A stretch of DNA of 64,000 nt, taken from assembly GCA_047967505.1 (NCBI GenBank), contig CM106538.1; one strand, given 5' to 3'. Each line of letters begins with the position of its first letter. The stretch's first letter is position 1. The notes beneath the pieces are model-generated. The model did not search any database. It had not been told where the DNA came from and saw only the letters and a program-made list of their open reading frames with translations. This DNA is from Dipteris shenzhenensis (lineage: Eukaryota). Shown piece after piece: positions 39,085-50,701 of the stretch. Made by a program: the position numbers and the translations under genes.

Positions 39085-39354
39085 CCAAACTCCCTCATAA
39101 AGTTCCGGTCAAAACAATAATTATGGATGTCATAATCTGTTGGATTAATGGGCCTCAATCCCAATTTGACAATTATTTGAGGCCCAGCTAAATCCAAGAT
39201 TTGGTTCACAGGTCATCCAAGCCCCGTTTCATTACAAATCCAAACTCCCTCATAAAGTTCCATTCAAAACAATCATTATGGATGTCATAATCTGTAAGAT
39301 CAATGGGCCTCAATCTAGACTTGACAATTATTTGAGGGCCAGCCAAAATCCAAC
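39085..39354. repeat. Diverged direct duplication (~115-bp unit, ~155-bp period)
   Basis: TCCAAACTCCCTCATAAAGTTCC...GACAATTATTTGAGG occurs at ~39086 and ~39239. Confidence 0.8.
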
Positions 39355-40099
39355 AAGGAGAAGGACGTCCACATACAAGAGCAGGGAGTAACACCATGAC
39401 AGCTGTACACAGCTTTAATCAATACTATACAATAATGTCTACTGCAAAGGTCCCTATTTGATACCTTTGAGGGTCATTTTCTGCCATTTTAAGACGACAA
39501 GTACACAACCTTTGTCAGAGGTCAAAGGAGACTTCGTCATTACTAAAAAGAAAATAGAAGAACCTTCAACACATAGCCAAAAGGAGAGGCATGGACTTTG
39601 AATTGAAAATCGCTCAGCAGTCTGCAAGATGTCAGAATCAGGATCCAAGCCCAGATCATCAGTATCCTGTGAGAAAGAAAACCCTCATGCAGAGCCAAGG
39701 CCAGATCATCAGTATGCTGTGAGAAAGAAAACTCTCATGCAGAGCCGGTCCAAGAACAGACCATTACTACAAAATTCTGACATGTTGCAGATTACAGCAC
39801 AACTTTTCTTTGGCTGAGATTCCCCAGCCACAAAACATGAAACACTGGATGCATAGTCAATTTCTGAGGCTTCAAAGAAACATTGTCACTGACCTAAGCA
39901 ATGGAAATGCACCAAAAGTCCAATGTGAGAGCTTCTAAACTATCCTCCACAACTTTGTGGAGCTTTGTTCGCCTAGATCTAGTAGGCTCCATGCTTTGAC
40001 AAGCTTTTCCTTCATAGACTCCAAAATCTCTTCATCTTTGTCAGTGAATGACAGTGATCCAATCGGCTTCTTTGAAGTCTGGGTAAGAAAAGAATTGAA

Positions 40100-40300
40100 A
40101 TTTTCGCCAAATGCTGCCTCATATGGGATGGATGCACATCATTCAAGATCTCCTAGACACATGGAAGATCTCCATCTGACCATCCGATTGAGGATGAAAG
40201 CCACTCGTAAAACTCTACAATATACCAAATCCAACAGAGCTCTCCAACATAATAGGTGAAAAGCTCACACATGCTTCCACAAAGTTCCAATACCCACAGC
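40100..40300 (-). mobile_element. Gypsy integrase remnant
   Basis: Minus-strand 'FTSGFHPQSDGQME' (40170-40212) resembles the integrase motif STAFHPQTDGQ.E. Confidence 0.5.
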
Positions 40301-41017
40301 AATCCACTGCCTTGGATGCTCTCTGGACGGCTCTTTATTCTGCTCCCACTCTGTCCTACCTCCCTCTAGCTGCTTGCTCCTTAGTGAGCTTACGTGGCAC
40401 GCCTCAGCAAGGACAACACTGCACCTACTTATAGGTGAGGAAGGGAACCAGTCTATCTCCTCCCAAGCTGGCCGACCAGCCATAAATTAGGCCAACTACG
40501 ACCAAATAGCCCATACTTTTCCCAATTCGTGCCCCACCTGTCTCTCTAATCTGTATCGGTAATCTGCCATCCTTGAGCCACACTTAAATCAGCCTCCTAA
40601 GCTCAGGCGAAAGACCACAGCAGGAGCCTGCACTAAGGTTAAGGGTGCACTACACTAACACCTGGAATTAAACCCCCGTTGAAAAGTGCTTTAATGACTG
40701 ATGTTTTGAAATGTGTAGGTTGATAAACGAGTGCGCGGTGAGTCTTGTGAACTTCAAATTTAGTGCCCGTCTAGCACCCAAGCGACCCGTTTGGAACGGA
40801 GAGTTTGAAATCCTTACAAATCATATGGAGTTACTTCCCCCTCTTATTCAATTACATTGCGTAATGGGTCTAGTCTCTAAATATATCGTTCTGGTACAAC
40901 GCACAAGCTGATCAACAACGCATTGCGCAGCGGAAGAGAGTTCCTGGCGGAGAAAACGGCAGCAGTAGGTCTTAAGGGATGTATGACTATAAATTGAACT
41001 AAAGGTCGAAATCCTAC

Positions 41018-41218
41018 CTCATCTCGTAAGGTCACAGCCAGTCCGACCGGCACACCTTGCCGGATCTTAAAACCTGCGATAGCTTTCTTGGACCGCGTAA
41101 TCACAGGTCTCTGCCCCGTTACTGTGGCAATATCTTTCATTGCAGTTTCAAGAACCTTCGCATTCTGTGAAGCTTCTCCGATACCACAATTAACTACTAC
41201 TTTCTCCACCTTTGGAAC
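41018..41218 (-). CDS. RPL5: Plastid 50S ribosomal protein L5, exon 2
   Basis: [67 protein letters not shown] matches the uL5 N-domain. Acceptor AG at 41219-41220, donor GT at 41016-41017. Confidence 0.95.
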
Positions 41219-41324
41219 CTGCAATCCGGCGCGAGAGAGAGAGAGAGAGAGCTCACTCGACTGTGTGTGCAAGAATTGCGAACATGCATTGAACAAAAAA
41301 AAGTCTTGAAAATAACAATGATAC

Positions 41325-41621
41325 CATCAGAATATTGCTGTACTTAAACTCCTCCTTCATCGCTGGAACGACCTTCTCGACGTAGACGGATCTGAGGCGG
41401 GGCACAGAGGACTCCTCAACAGCAGCGGGAGGGGCAGAAACGACGGATGCAGAAGAAGCCTGGACGATCAAAGGGGAGGAAGCTCTTTTGGAAGCAATAC
41501 GAGCAAGCAAGAAATCTTTGGAAGGATGGCATGAAGAGGAAGAGGGGGAAAGGAAGGAGGAAGGGAAAGAAGAAGATGAAGAAGCAGCTGAAGCAGGAGC
41601 AGCCATAGCCAAGGCCGCCAT
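41325..41621 (-). CDS. RPL5: Plastid 50S ribosomal protein L5, exon 1 (Ser/Ala-rich transit peptide)
   Basis: [26 protein letters not shown]... is transit-peptide-like and is followed by '[26 protein letters not shown]'. Donor ATG|GTATC; 106-bp intron 41219-41324. In-frame alternative ATGs at 41678 and 41606. Confidence 0.9.
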
Positions 41622-41650
41622 AGTTGAAGCTCTTCCCTTCAGAGGACAAG

Positions 41651-41657
41651 CCTTATC
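41651..41657 (-). promoter_or_regulatory. I-box-like GATAAGG 30 bp upstream of the RPL5 ATG
   Basis: CCTTATC on +. The motif is common near start sites of light-regulated and plastid-protein genes; function is inferred only. Confidence 0.35.
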
Positions 41658-41756
41658 TACTTTACTCTGGTCAACCATAGTTTTGACTCTCACACTATCA
41701 AAGGCACTAAGGCACCATGAGGTTGTCTTTTGGGAGTAGCATCTAAGTGCTCTAGC

Positions 41757-44660
41757 CTAGTGGTCCGACCACTAGGAGTGATTCCTTCCTGGAGTAGTTT
41801 CCGCCGACATCGTCCAGAGTTGATCGGTATATTGTTGTTGGTTTGTTAAAATCGTTGTTGCTGGCTGGTTCATTCCTTGCGTGAGCGCTGGTTGCTCAAG
41901 TACGGCTTTGAGAGCGTTTGTTTGCTGCACCTGTTGCTTGGTTCCAACTTGTGCTAAAGTCACCAATGATGAGGATTGGATCGCTCTGATTTAGCTCTGC
42001 GAGGACGCTTTGTATAGTTGCTACAAAGTCATACGTACTTGCCTTGGGTGATTTGTAGGTTGCAAGTATGTGCATGTTGGTGTACACTACGTTTGAGAAA
42101 GTTGCGCTTATTAACTCTATGCCGCTTCTTGTGATGGATATTTGTGTGAGTAGGTCGTGTTGGTTTGTAGGGCAACAAAAGGCCATACTTGTCACAGCAG
42201 GATATCTCATTAAAATTGGGCAATGAGGCATTGGTTGATGTTGATTTCTTGGTTTCTTATAGACACAGCCAGGAGGTTCTCATCTTGGAATATATCTTCA
42301 CAACGTGCATTGTATGAGACTGTATTTAGCAACTCAATGACTATGTGTGAGTCGCTATAGGCTATGATGCTTTTTTGCACACTTTCCCATTTTGTTATTG
42401 TTTGCAAGCGTGAGAACTCTACCAACACATCAGGGTCGACTTTGATGTGTTTTTTTCTCTAGCTTGGTGAGCAAGAAAAAGGTTTTCCATGCATGCACGA
42501 AAGAGCTGTGTATGCTACCCCATGGGAACGAATTTTTTGAAGATCGAATGTGATGCTTGCCATTGTGAGTCCTTGGGATCTGTGTGTTGTTCTCGCATAT
42601 TGGCTAGTTGTATTGAAAGTTGCTTTCCTGTAATTGTGTTTAGAGAGTTTTTGCCAACTTGGAATTCTTTTGTGACTTGGTGCAATGGTGTCCACATTGC
42701 TATTGTATAGATGCCTACTCTCATATCTTGCTTTTGTACTGATGTTTAGATTATGAAATTTGACCCAAGCTATTATTTGATGCTCTATGGCGTCTAGATG
42801 TTGGAAAGTGCCATTAGCACCATTGACTAGACCGTCAAGAATGCCTATGTTGCCTCCATAGATTTCAACTATCATTTCTTGTTTCAATTCCAATGTTGCA
42901 TGCAGCCCAGTAGTTAGCTATGGGTCTTTAGGAGGCCTTAATATCTTGTTGCAAGTGCAGTTTCTCTTATCGACTGCTTGCAAGATATGAGTAGAGCCCC
43001 AGGCAATGTGTTAAAAACATATTGATTGTGGGTTTCTTTTTGTGCATTTGTGAAGAATAGATGTGGGATTTCAATGTCTAGAGTTGGCTTCTCGAGAAAG
43101 GTGGAGTTTAAGTATTCGAGTTTGTCATCACTTTGCAGACCTACTCTAATTCTATTTAGCACTTCAATGAAATTGTTGTCTTTTTGTCGTATTATTATTT
43201 TCAAGTCGTAACAACAATTTTGGCTCTCTCGGAATGTTTGTTGTACAAGGCTAGCCAAATGTTTGGGCTGCTTGAAGATCTAGCTATCTCTAACGGGGCT
43301 TGCTTGGCAGAGGTCAATGTAGAATACAATGTCCAAGCCAATGAACTCTTGCATATGGTTGTGCTTAATTGAGCAAATCTACTATCAATCAAAGTTAGCA
43401 TGCTTTGTCCAATCAGATGAAGGTGAATTGTCTTGAGGAGGTTGTTAGCGGCAGCAGGGCAACAAATATAGGTAGTTTGTTGTGAGCTTAGCTCTTGTGT
43501 GTTTATCATTGTGTTACCAATGCACCATAGCCACTCGATTGTGTTACGATTTTCTTCATGCCATACTTAAAATCTTCTCTAAGTGCTTTCGTTGTGGACG
43601 TGCATGTTTTTGTGATGTAAGATGTGCAATACGTTGTTGCGCTGTGCACAATCAAGATGTATTGTATATCTGTGTTTGTGTCTCATAGTGTGGATGGCTT
43701 GGGGTTAAAGTTATTGGTGTAAATGTCTTTTGTTTAGGATTAGTGGTTTCATTATCGAGTGGAGTCTTGCTTCGATGTATGTTTCTTCTGTTGTGTCCAG
43801 CAAGGCTAGCCATTTGTCAAAGGAAAGGGTGGCATCATGTTGGAACTCACTCGGTTTGATTTTTTAAGCTAATTCTTCAAGATGTGGTTGGCAAACTTCT
43901 ATTTCTTTGTCCAAAGGCTCCAAGCTGTATGTTTTTTGAGAGGGTGCTTTTGGAAATCCAAATCTACATGTTTTGTTTGCTTTTTTGCAAGCCTTCCAAT
44001 GGTGATGCATTTGTGCAGCATGCATCGCTTTGTTCAACAAGCTGCCATCAATAGAGATATAGTTGTCGATGAATGAGATCACCTTCGTTGGTGATGCTTG
44101 GTCAAGTAGCCCATGGTCGTGTTGCCTACCTCAATGCTGGAATTTTGCGATGAAAAAGAAATCCAAGAGCTTGCCTAAAATTGATTCATTTCTTTGCAAT
44201 TCTTTTTTGATTGCTTGGAATTGATGAATGTAGTATCTTGCGGTTGTGATCGTGTCTAGGCAAAAAAGATGTGGAATATATGAGGTCTCAAATTGATATG
44301 ACGATTGTTGAATGCTTGGATTGATTTGTTGCAAACATTCTACAAGCTTTGGCCATCGTCGTTCACCACAAGAAAATGTCACAAAGAATGTTGGCAGTCC
44401 AAGTTGTCGTATCATTGCAAAGATGTTCTTCTGTAGTTTTTCTTTGTAGTCTGTTGACATTCGCAATGACTCATAGTCTTTGTACCCTATTCTAAAATTG
44501 ATGAGTCGATCAATGTTTGTATCTTGCTGGACATCTTATGATGTAAGTTACCTTCCTGCAACTGTGCTTTTTGAAGGCGCACCCAAGTAGATGAATGGAC
44601 ATTCGAAACTATTATTTTCATTGTTTTGAAAAATGATTTTCTATATTCAATCCAAATCTT
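41757..44660 (-). mobile_element. Degenerate Helentron/Helitron2-type rolling-circle transposon (Rep, Pif1 helicase, AP endonuclease)
   Basis: Rep: 'IFAMIRQLGLPTFFVTFSCGERRW', 'KFQH*GRQHDHGLL', 'QMHHH..AC...CRFGFP'. Helicase: 'FIGLDIVFYIDLCQASPV', 'IIRQKD..FIEVLNRIRVG', 'DGLVNGANG', 'THRSQGLT', 'AYTALS'. Endonuclease: 'YKSP', 'ILIIGDF', 'WSDH'. Many stops and deletions; termini not identified. Confidence 0.85.
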
Positions 44661-44899
44661 CTATCTGCATGCAGCAATTCCCATTTCACAACTTTTACTA
44701 CTCATGGTTGCATAGCTCATGATATTTCCTTCTTTGTCCAAAGAATAGTGTTGGAAACGACATGTCATGGCCCAAGGGGTGAATATGGTATGCTGAATGA
44801 TGATGAGGAGCAAAGCTCCTATATGCGAACCCATCGGTGGTCCCACTGTTCGAGATAGACATAGAAGAAGTGTTCTAGTAGTCTAGAGGATGTGTCCAA

Positions 44900-46370
44900 G
44901 ATAGCCTTCAGGACTAGCTTTGGGTTGTATGAGTTCTTGGTTATGTGCCTTTAATAGGAGTCCTTACAACTCCACCCTTCAAAAAGCAAGATATTGATTT
45001 TATAGAACCAATTAGTCGGACAGCTAAAGGGACTCGGGCATGATACATAATCGTAGCCACATATTACTTCGCCAAGTGGGCAGAGGCCAAGGCCACCAAG
45101 AAGGTGGATGCACGGACAATTGCCAAGTTCTTGTATGGGAACATGATATTCCGCTTCGGCCTTCCATTAGAAATAGTAAACGATGGAGGAACACATTTTA
45201 TTAATGATACAATCTATATTTTAATGAGTGATTTCCTCATCATTCATAGGAAGTCCACACCCTATTACCCCAAAGCAAATGCCCAAGCCAAGAGCTCGAA
45301 CAAGATCTTGAGCCGCACGATGACATGCATGATCGAGGCCAATCATAATGATTGGGAGCATAAGCTTAATGTGGCACTATGGGCTTATCAAATGATGCCC
45401 TTCAGCCCTTCAGCCTAGCATTTGGGATGGAGGCGATCATGCCAATGGAATTTATTGTTCCAAGCCTCAAAGTTGCGATTAGAGATTAGTTATCCGAAGA
45501 GGCAATTCCAAAAAGGCTGATTGAGCTAGAAAGCTGGAGGAAACTACATTAAGAGTGGCCTATGGCATAAAAGTTGAGAAATTATGCCGCAAAAGGTGGT
45601 TCGACCGCAATCTGTGAAACAAGGATTTAAAGGAAGGTGATCTCGCGCTACTATACAGTGTGAGAAACACGAAGTGCAAACTGAAATATCGAGGTATGAG
45701 TCCTTATTAGGTCGTGGAAATAACACCACAAGGGTCATGTAGAATCGAGACCCTGGAAGGTACTGAGATGGATGCTTATATCAACAGCAACAACAAGCTT
45801 AAATGCTATTATGGTCCCTTAACACTTCAGATGCTGTAGGCCATCCATTATGAAAAGGAGCTAAGGAAGGAAGTCACTCGTATGAAGCGACAAGCAATAG
45901 AGGAGCTAAGGCTCGGCAGGCTAAAGCAAATAGCTCAAAGTTAATAACAATTTGTAAGGCATCTGTGGAGGGGTTAAACCCCATGGAGGATTTCACCATT
46001 GCCGCTGCCAGGGTACAAGTGGATTTTCAATTGTGTAGGGAGACGATTTGTTCAGTAGCGGCCTTCGTCAACCCTAGAGCAAGCCACAACCTTATATCCT
46101 ACCAAATGTGCACTCAAATCCTAAAATTCAAGGTAACCCTAGAGTCCATGCCTGTCATGGTGCGCGCTGTGAATGGAAAGATCTTGCCCGCAATAGGCTG
46201 TATAGAATTACTCATATCAATAAATAACCATGCCATGGTGAATAGGTGTTATGTTATACCCATATCAATAAATAACCATGCCATGGTGAATAGGTGTTAT
46301 GTTATGCTTGTAGGTGTCATCATGGCCGATGACGACGTAGATACGGCACCACAACCTTGGTGGTAGATTT
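44900..46370 (+). mobile_element. Ty3/Gypsy (non-chromovirus-like) integrase fragment followed by a protease-like segment
   Basis: 'YIIVATYYFAKWAEAKAT...RFGLPLEIVNDGGTHF...STPYYPKANAQA...WEHKLNVALWAY' (45040-45400). Downstream 'AFVNPRASHNLIS...VRAVNG' (46060-46260), with a 48-bp tandem duplication at 46213-46305. Confidence 0.7.
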
Positions 46371-48382
46371 GCTTATGCAATGATCCTGGCTCTTAGGAAC
46401 GGGTACTCATTTGGTGTATGATTGGCCATGAAGTGTGGACACTAGACATTTTCTCGTCGTGGATATGTCTGAGTTGGCGGCTGAGACAAGTGAAGTTTTT
46501 GTTCCATGGCCTGCATCATGTCTTCTTTTAGCTTCATGGCCATGGCCTCTAGGCAATCTTCATTTGATGTTTCGGCAGTAGACTTGGATTTGCCCTTTTT
46601 AGAGTTCTCGTGCACTAGATCTACCATCATCACTGCTAGTGCTAGAGTCTATCATGCCATCCTCGATGTCAATGGTTGCTGCATGAGCAATAATCAACAT
46701 CGCATTTGTATGTGCCAATGGTTGGTCCTGTTGAGGCAGTCTCCATCTTGGTGGCCAATGTGATCTCCAATCCTCTCTCCATTCTGTGTTTGCACCACAG
46801 TGGGCAATCCGGGCCCTGTCTGTGCCTGTTTTCCAAACAATAATTGCAATTTTTGTTGATACCAAAATTCCGTTTGATGCCATGCTGTTTGCAAATTCCA
46901 ATCTCCCCTCTGATTCTAGTTGCCTCTCTTATTCCAATTGTTTCTCTGTGTGGATCTGGGCCATACTCTATGTCGTTGTTGGATCAATGGCTACTTGATT
47001 GGCACCCATTGCTGGTGAGCGAGGTACCTATTGCACCAAATTCATTCGAGCGTTTGGGTTATAATAGCAAACCTCGGTTGGGTGATTCTTCGTGCAAATC
47101 TTGCACTTCAACTACTAAAACAAGCATTAACTATGCATAAATACTTACTAAAATAGTATCTAAATACTATCCGCCTATTAGCCTTATTGCAATAAGTTCT
47201 CTTTCTCTATTCCATATATAGCACTCTATTCCATTCACCCCCTCCTCTCATTTCCTTTCCCATAATGTCTCTCTTTTCTTTTCCATAATGTCTATGTTTT
47301 CCATGATGTCTCTCTTTTGTCTTCCATACCTTCCCATTGATGTATATATCCTTATCCTTCTACTTCCCTTCCTCCTTGTGACTTATAAGCATATCTCCAC
47401 TTATACTAATAAGCATGTACCCATGCCCCCTCATCATTGTATTCTTCTCCATCCTTGTGCAGTTGCCACTACAATGATTGGTAAGCACAATGCAATGCCA
47501 TGATGTTCTTCTAAACCTTCACAAAATTGATAACGTGGTTGGTGGTATATGAATCTCCACAAATGGAGAGAACAATGTATTGTAGATTTTCTCCTCACAT
47601 TGTCCTTCCCATTTTATGTGAGTTTAAATGCAATGGAAGGAGGGAAGATGGAAATACGGTGATCCTTTTTAGTGTGTTTATGTGGGAGTAATAAAGTTCC
47701 TAATACCCCTTGGCTGCTACGAGCTCCCTCCTACATCCTTACATACACTTACCCTCTATTCTTTGCTTTTTTCTATTACCCTCTCCTCTCGATTGCACAC
47801 CCTCCCACATTCCACTCTTCCCTACTCCCATCTCCCTTCACCTACAATGCTACTACCCACCCTCACCACCTTGTTTATCCCCCACACCCTTCTTCTTCTC
47901 CACTCCCCACCTTGCAACTGCCTCACCCTCAACACCCCTCTTTGTGCAATGACCCAACCCCCTCACTTGCCTCTCCCTTGACTCCCCTCTCATCTCAACC
48001 AGTTCTCTTTCTCCTTACCTCTCCTCACACTTACTCCCCTCCACTCCACTCTCTAAACCACTGAACCAACACGCCCTTTTAGTGCAACAACCCAACTCAA
48101 GACAAGCCACCCCATACCCCTTCACCTCCCTCTTCATTGTGCCTCACTCATAGCCAACTCCCTCAATACCGCTTGCTCTCCTTACTTCAAAATTTTCCCC
48201 CAATCACATCCCTGACCTCATCTGAGGCCTCTTCATGGATGTGATGTAAGAGTGTGAATCATGAGCAATAAGACTAGTTGTAGACAACATCACAAAGGTT
48301 GAGGTACTAGATCAATGATGGGGATGACATAGCTTGAGAAAATAGAAATCAAGGTGGATTGGGTTTCAAGAAAGTTCTAAAG

Positions 48383-48537
48383 GCCTTAGAGCACAAGGCA
48401 ATATGCTTAGAGATATAGAAGGGAAACCTCTACATGAGTCTCTTATAAACACTAAAAAGGCTTTAGAGCACAAGGCACTATGCTTAGAGATACAGAAGGG
48501 AAACCTCTACATGAGTCTCTTATAAACACTAAAAAGG
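48383..48537. repeat. 77-bp tandem duplication
   Basis: TAGAGCACAAGGCA...TCTTATAAACACTAAAAAGG occurs at 48387 and 48464. Confidence 0.85.
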
Positions 48538-50461
48538 AACTTTCTCCTCAACTATTCAATCAGGATGCTAAAATGATAAAAAATTGGGAACACAACAAGT
48601 AGAACACTTTGAAACCTGATATCTTGGGATAGGAAGCTAATGATACAATGGATGCATCCCTAGGCTCTAGAAGCACCAAGAGAAGCTAATAGTAGTGTCT
48701 TCCATTAGGTCCAGCTGCTAAAAGTGTAAAATGGCACTAAAGAAGGTGGAAAAAGGTAGCAACGGGGTGTAATATAGGCATTAGTCGTAGTAAAATGGCA
48801 CTAGAGAAGGTGGATAAAGGTAGCAACAGGGTGCTATATAGGTGCTAGTAGTAGCATCCCTTAGCCTATGTGAAAGCCTCACAAAGTAAACAGATCATCG
48901 TAAAGGTAGAAAGGGTTTTGGTTGATAGACAAAAAGTTTTTGGGGCACCTCTTATGCCCACTAGAGTCCTCATTAAGGGCGCATAGGAGAAGGAGAGATC
49001 AACATATAGTTCTAGCAGGGTTCGAGCACTAGTGGGCAACACCATTCTATCCAAAGAGTGGTTGGTGAGTGCATCATTTTTAAATACATTTTGGGTCCTC
49101 TCTTAGATGTTTCCATTTTGGGTACTGGTTGCCATATCTTGCTATCTATTCTATATTGAAGCATAGTTTATACCTACATATGTATGTGCACATCCCAAGT
49201 GGGATCTAGATATCTAAGCACGGTTTATAGTTACGTATGTATTTGCACACCCCAAGTGGGATCTAGAGTTCTCAAGTGTGATCTTGTGAATGATCCAATT
49301 TTTTTTTGCATGTTCTAATATGGCACCAAAAGTGGATTTGAGGTAGACATATAGGTTTCGATATTACTACAATGTGGCATCAAAGTCAATTCACTTTAAA
49401 GATGGAGGAGACAAGAAAGGTGATTGAGAGCTCCAAGGACCCACAAATCGATAAGGAAGGTTCAGATTGAGAGTTCCAAGGACCCACAACTCAATAAGAA
49501 AGGTGATTGAGAACTCCAAGGACCACAAATCAAGACAAGAGTAAACCAAAACTTCAACATTGAGGTTGTGCTTCAAGAAAAGGAAAGTGAGCAAAATTTG
49601 CTTTCATTATTCTATGTTCCAATTACTTTCAAATTTTAGATTTAGGAACAATTACAAGCTGGATCTGAGAAACTATCTAATCTACAAGGTGGAGATAAGG
49701 AAGCACATGGTGGCTAGCAAGACTTGGAAGGAAACAAGAGGAAAAGAATTGAAACTTGAAGATCTAGTGGATGCCGAAACAAGTAAGGTGTTGAAACAAG
49801 CTAACATAGATGGTGTGGAAGAATGGGAGAAGGAGGATGTAGAGGTGTTATATCTAATCATCTCTATGATGTCAAATGTGATGACTCTAACTGGGGAATA
49901 GGTCTACCTACAACAAAAGATAGAACAAATTGCCAAACACAGTCACGCTTACCTCCTTACCTTGCAAGATCCAATGATGGCCAAATATACTGCCACCTTC
50001 CAAGCACACTATACCTTGCAAAAGTAAGCAGATAATCCGAAAATTTTTGCAAGAGAAACAAGTTAATGATCTCATGAAAACATCAAAACATACAAAAATC
50101 CAAATGTGAGATAGACAACAACAAATGCCACAACATAACATAAAAATACTATCAAAGTAACAACGTATGCACACATTAGATGAAAAAAAACTAGAAACAA
50201 GGGGTAGCTAAGCAAACCCCAACATCACTAGAATATTCCAATCTTACAAATTACAATATTTATAAATCAAGCAAAAGAACAAAGGAAACAAGGGGATTTG
50301 TAAGCAAATTTGAACAAAATTATGAGTAAATGAGAAAAATAAAACTTACGAAGCAAAGCTATGCTTATGCTCCCATCAATGCCAAGCGTACATTGCCATG
50401 TGGGTTTTGAAAACTAACTTGGCCACACATCACAAGCAATATAGTCACATTACTTTGCACA

Positions 50462-50619
50462 TGTTGGGGGAAAAGGCCCATTTATGCCTAGACCCCTATG
50501 ACACCCTTATGTGTGTACATACTTGTACTTAGAGTTTGTACCTTTCTAATATAAAACATGAGGTGTTGTGGTGTGCACCTGACCATTCTCATTTTACACA
50601 CCCACCATTGTGTGTTCTT

Positions 50620-50701
<82 letters not shown>

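Larger units (their letters stand above)
17567..41017 (-). other. RPL5: RPL5 intron 2 (23,451 bp, GT-AG, phase 0), TE-filled
   Basis: Donor GAG|GTAGGA at 41017 and acceptor GCAG|CTG at 17567 join 'VTLRDE|LMYSFL' in frame, matching the uL5 motif VTLRG.MY.FL. Confidence 0.9.

Noticed and set aside
41622-41693. N-terminal extension of RPL5 (MVDQSKVDK...)
   Set aside because: Charged and not transit-peptide-like. ATG 41621 (ATGGCG, MA start) fits better, though the extension is not excluded.
46400-47100. Minus-strand gag/zinc-knuckle-like fragments
   Set aside because: Motifs are too decayed to assign a family or boundaries.
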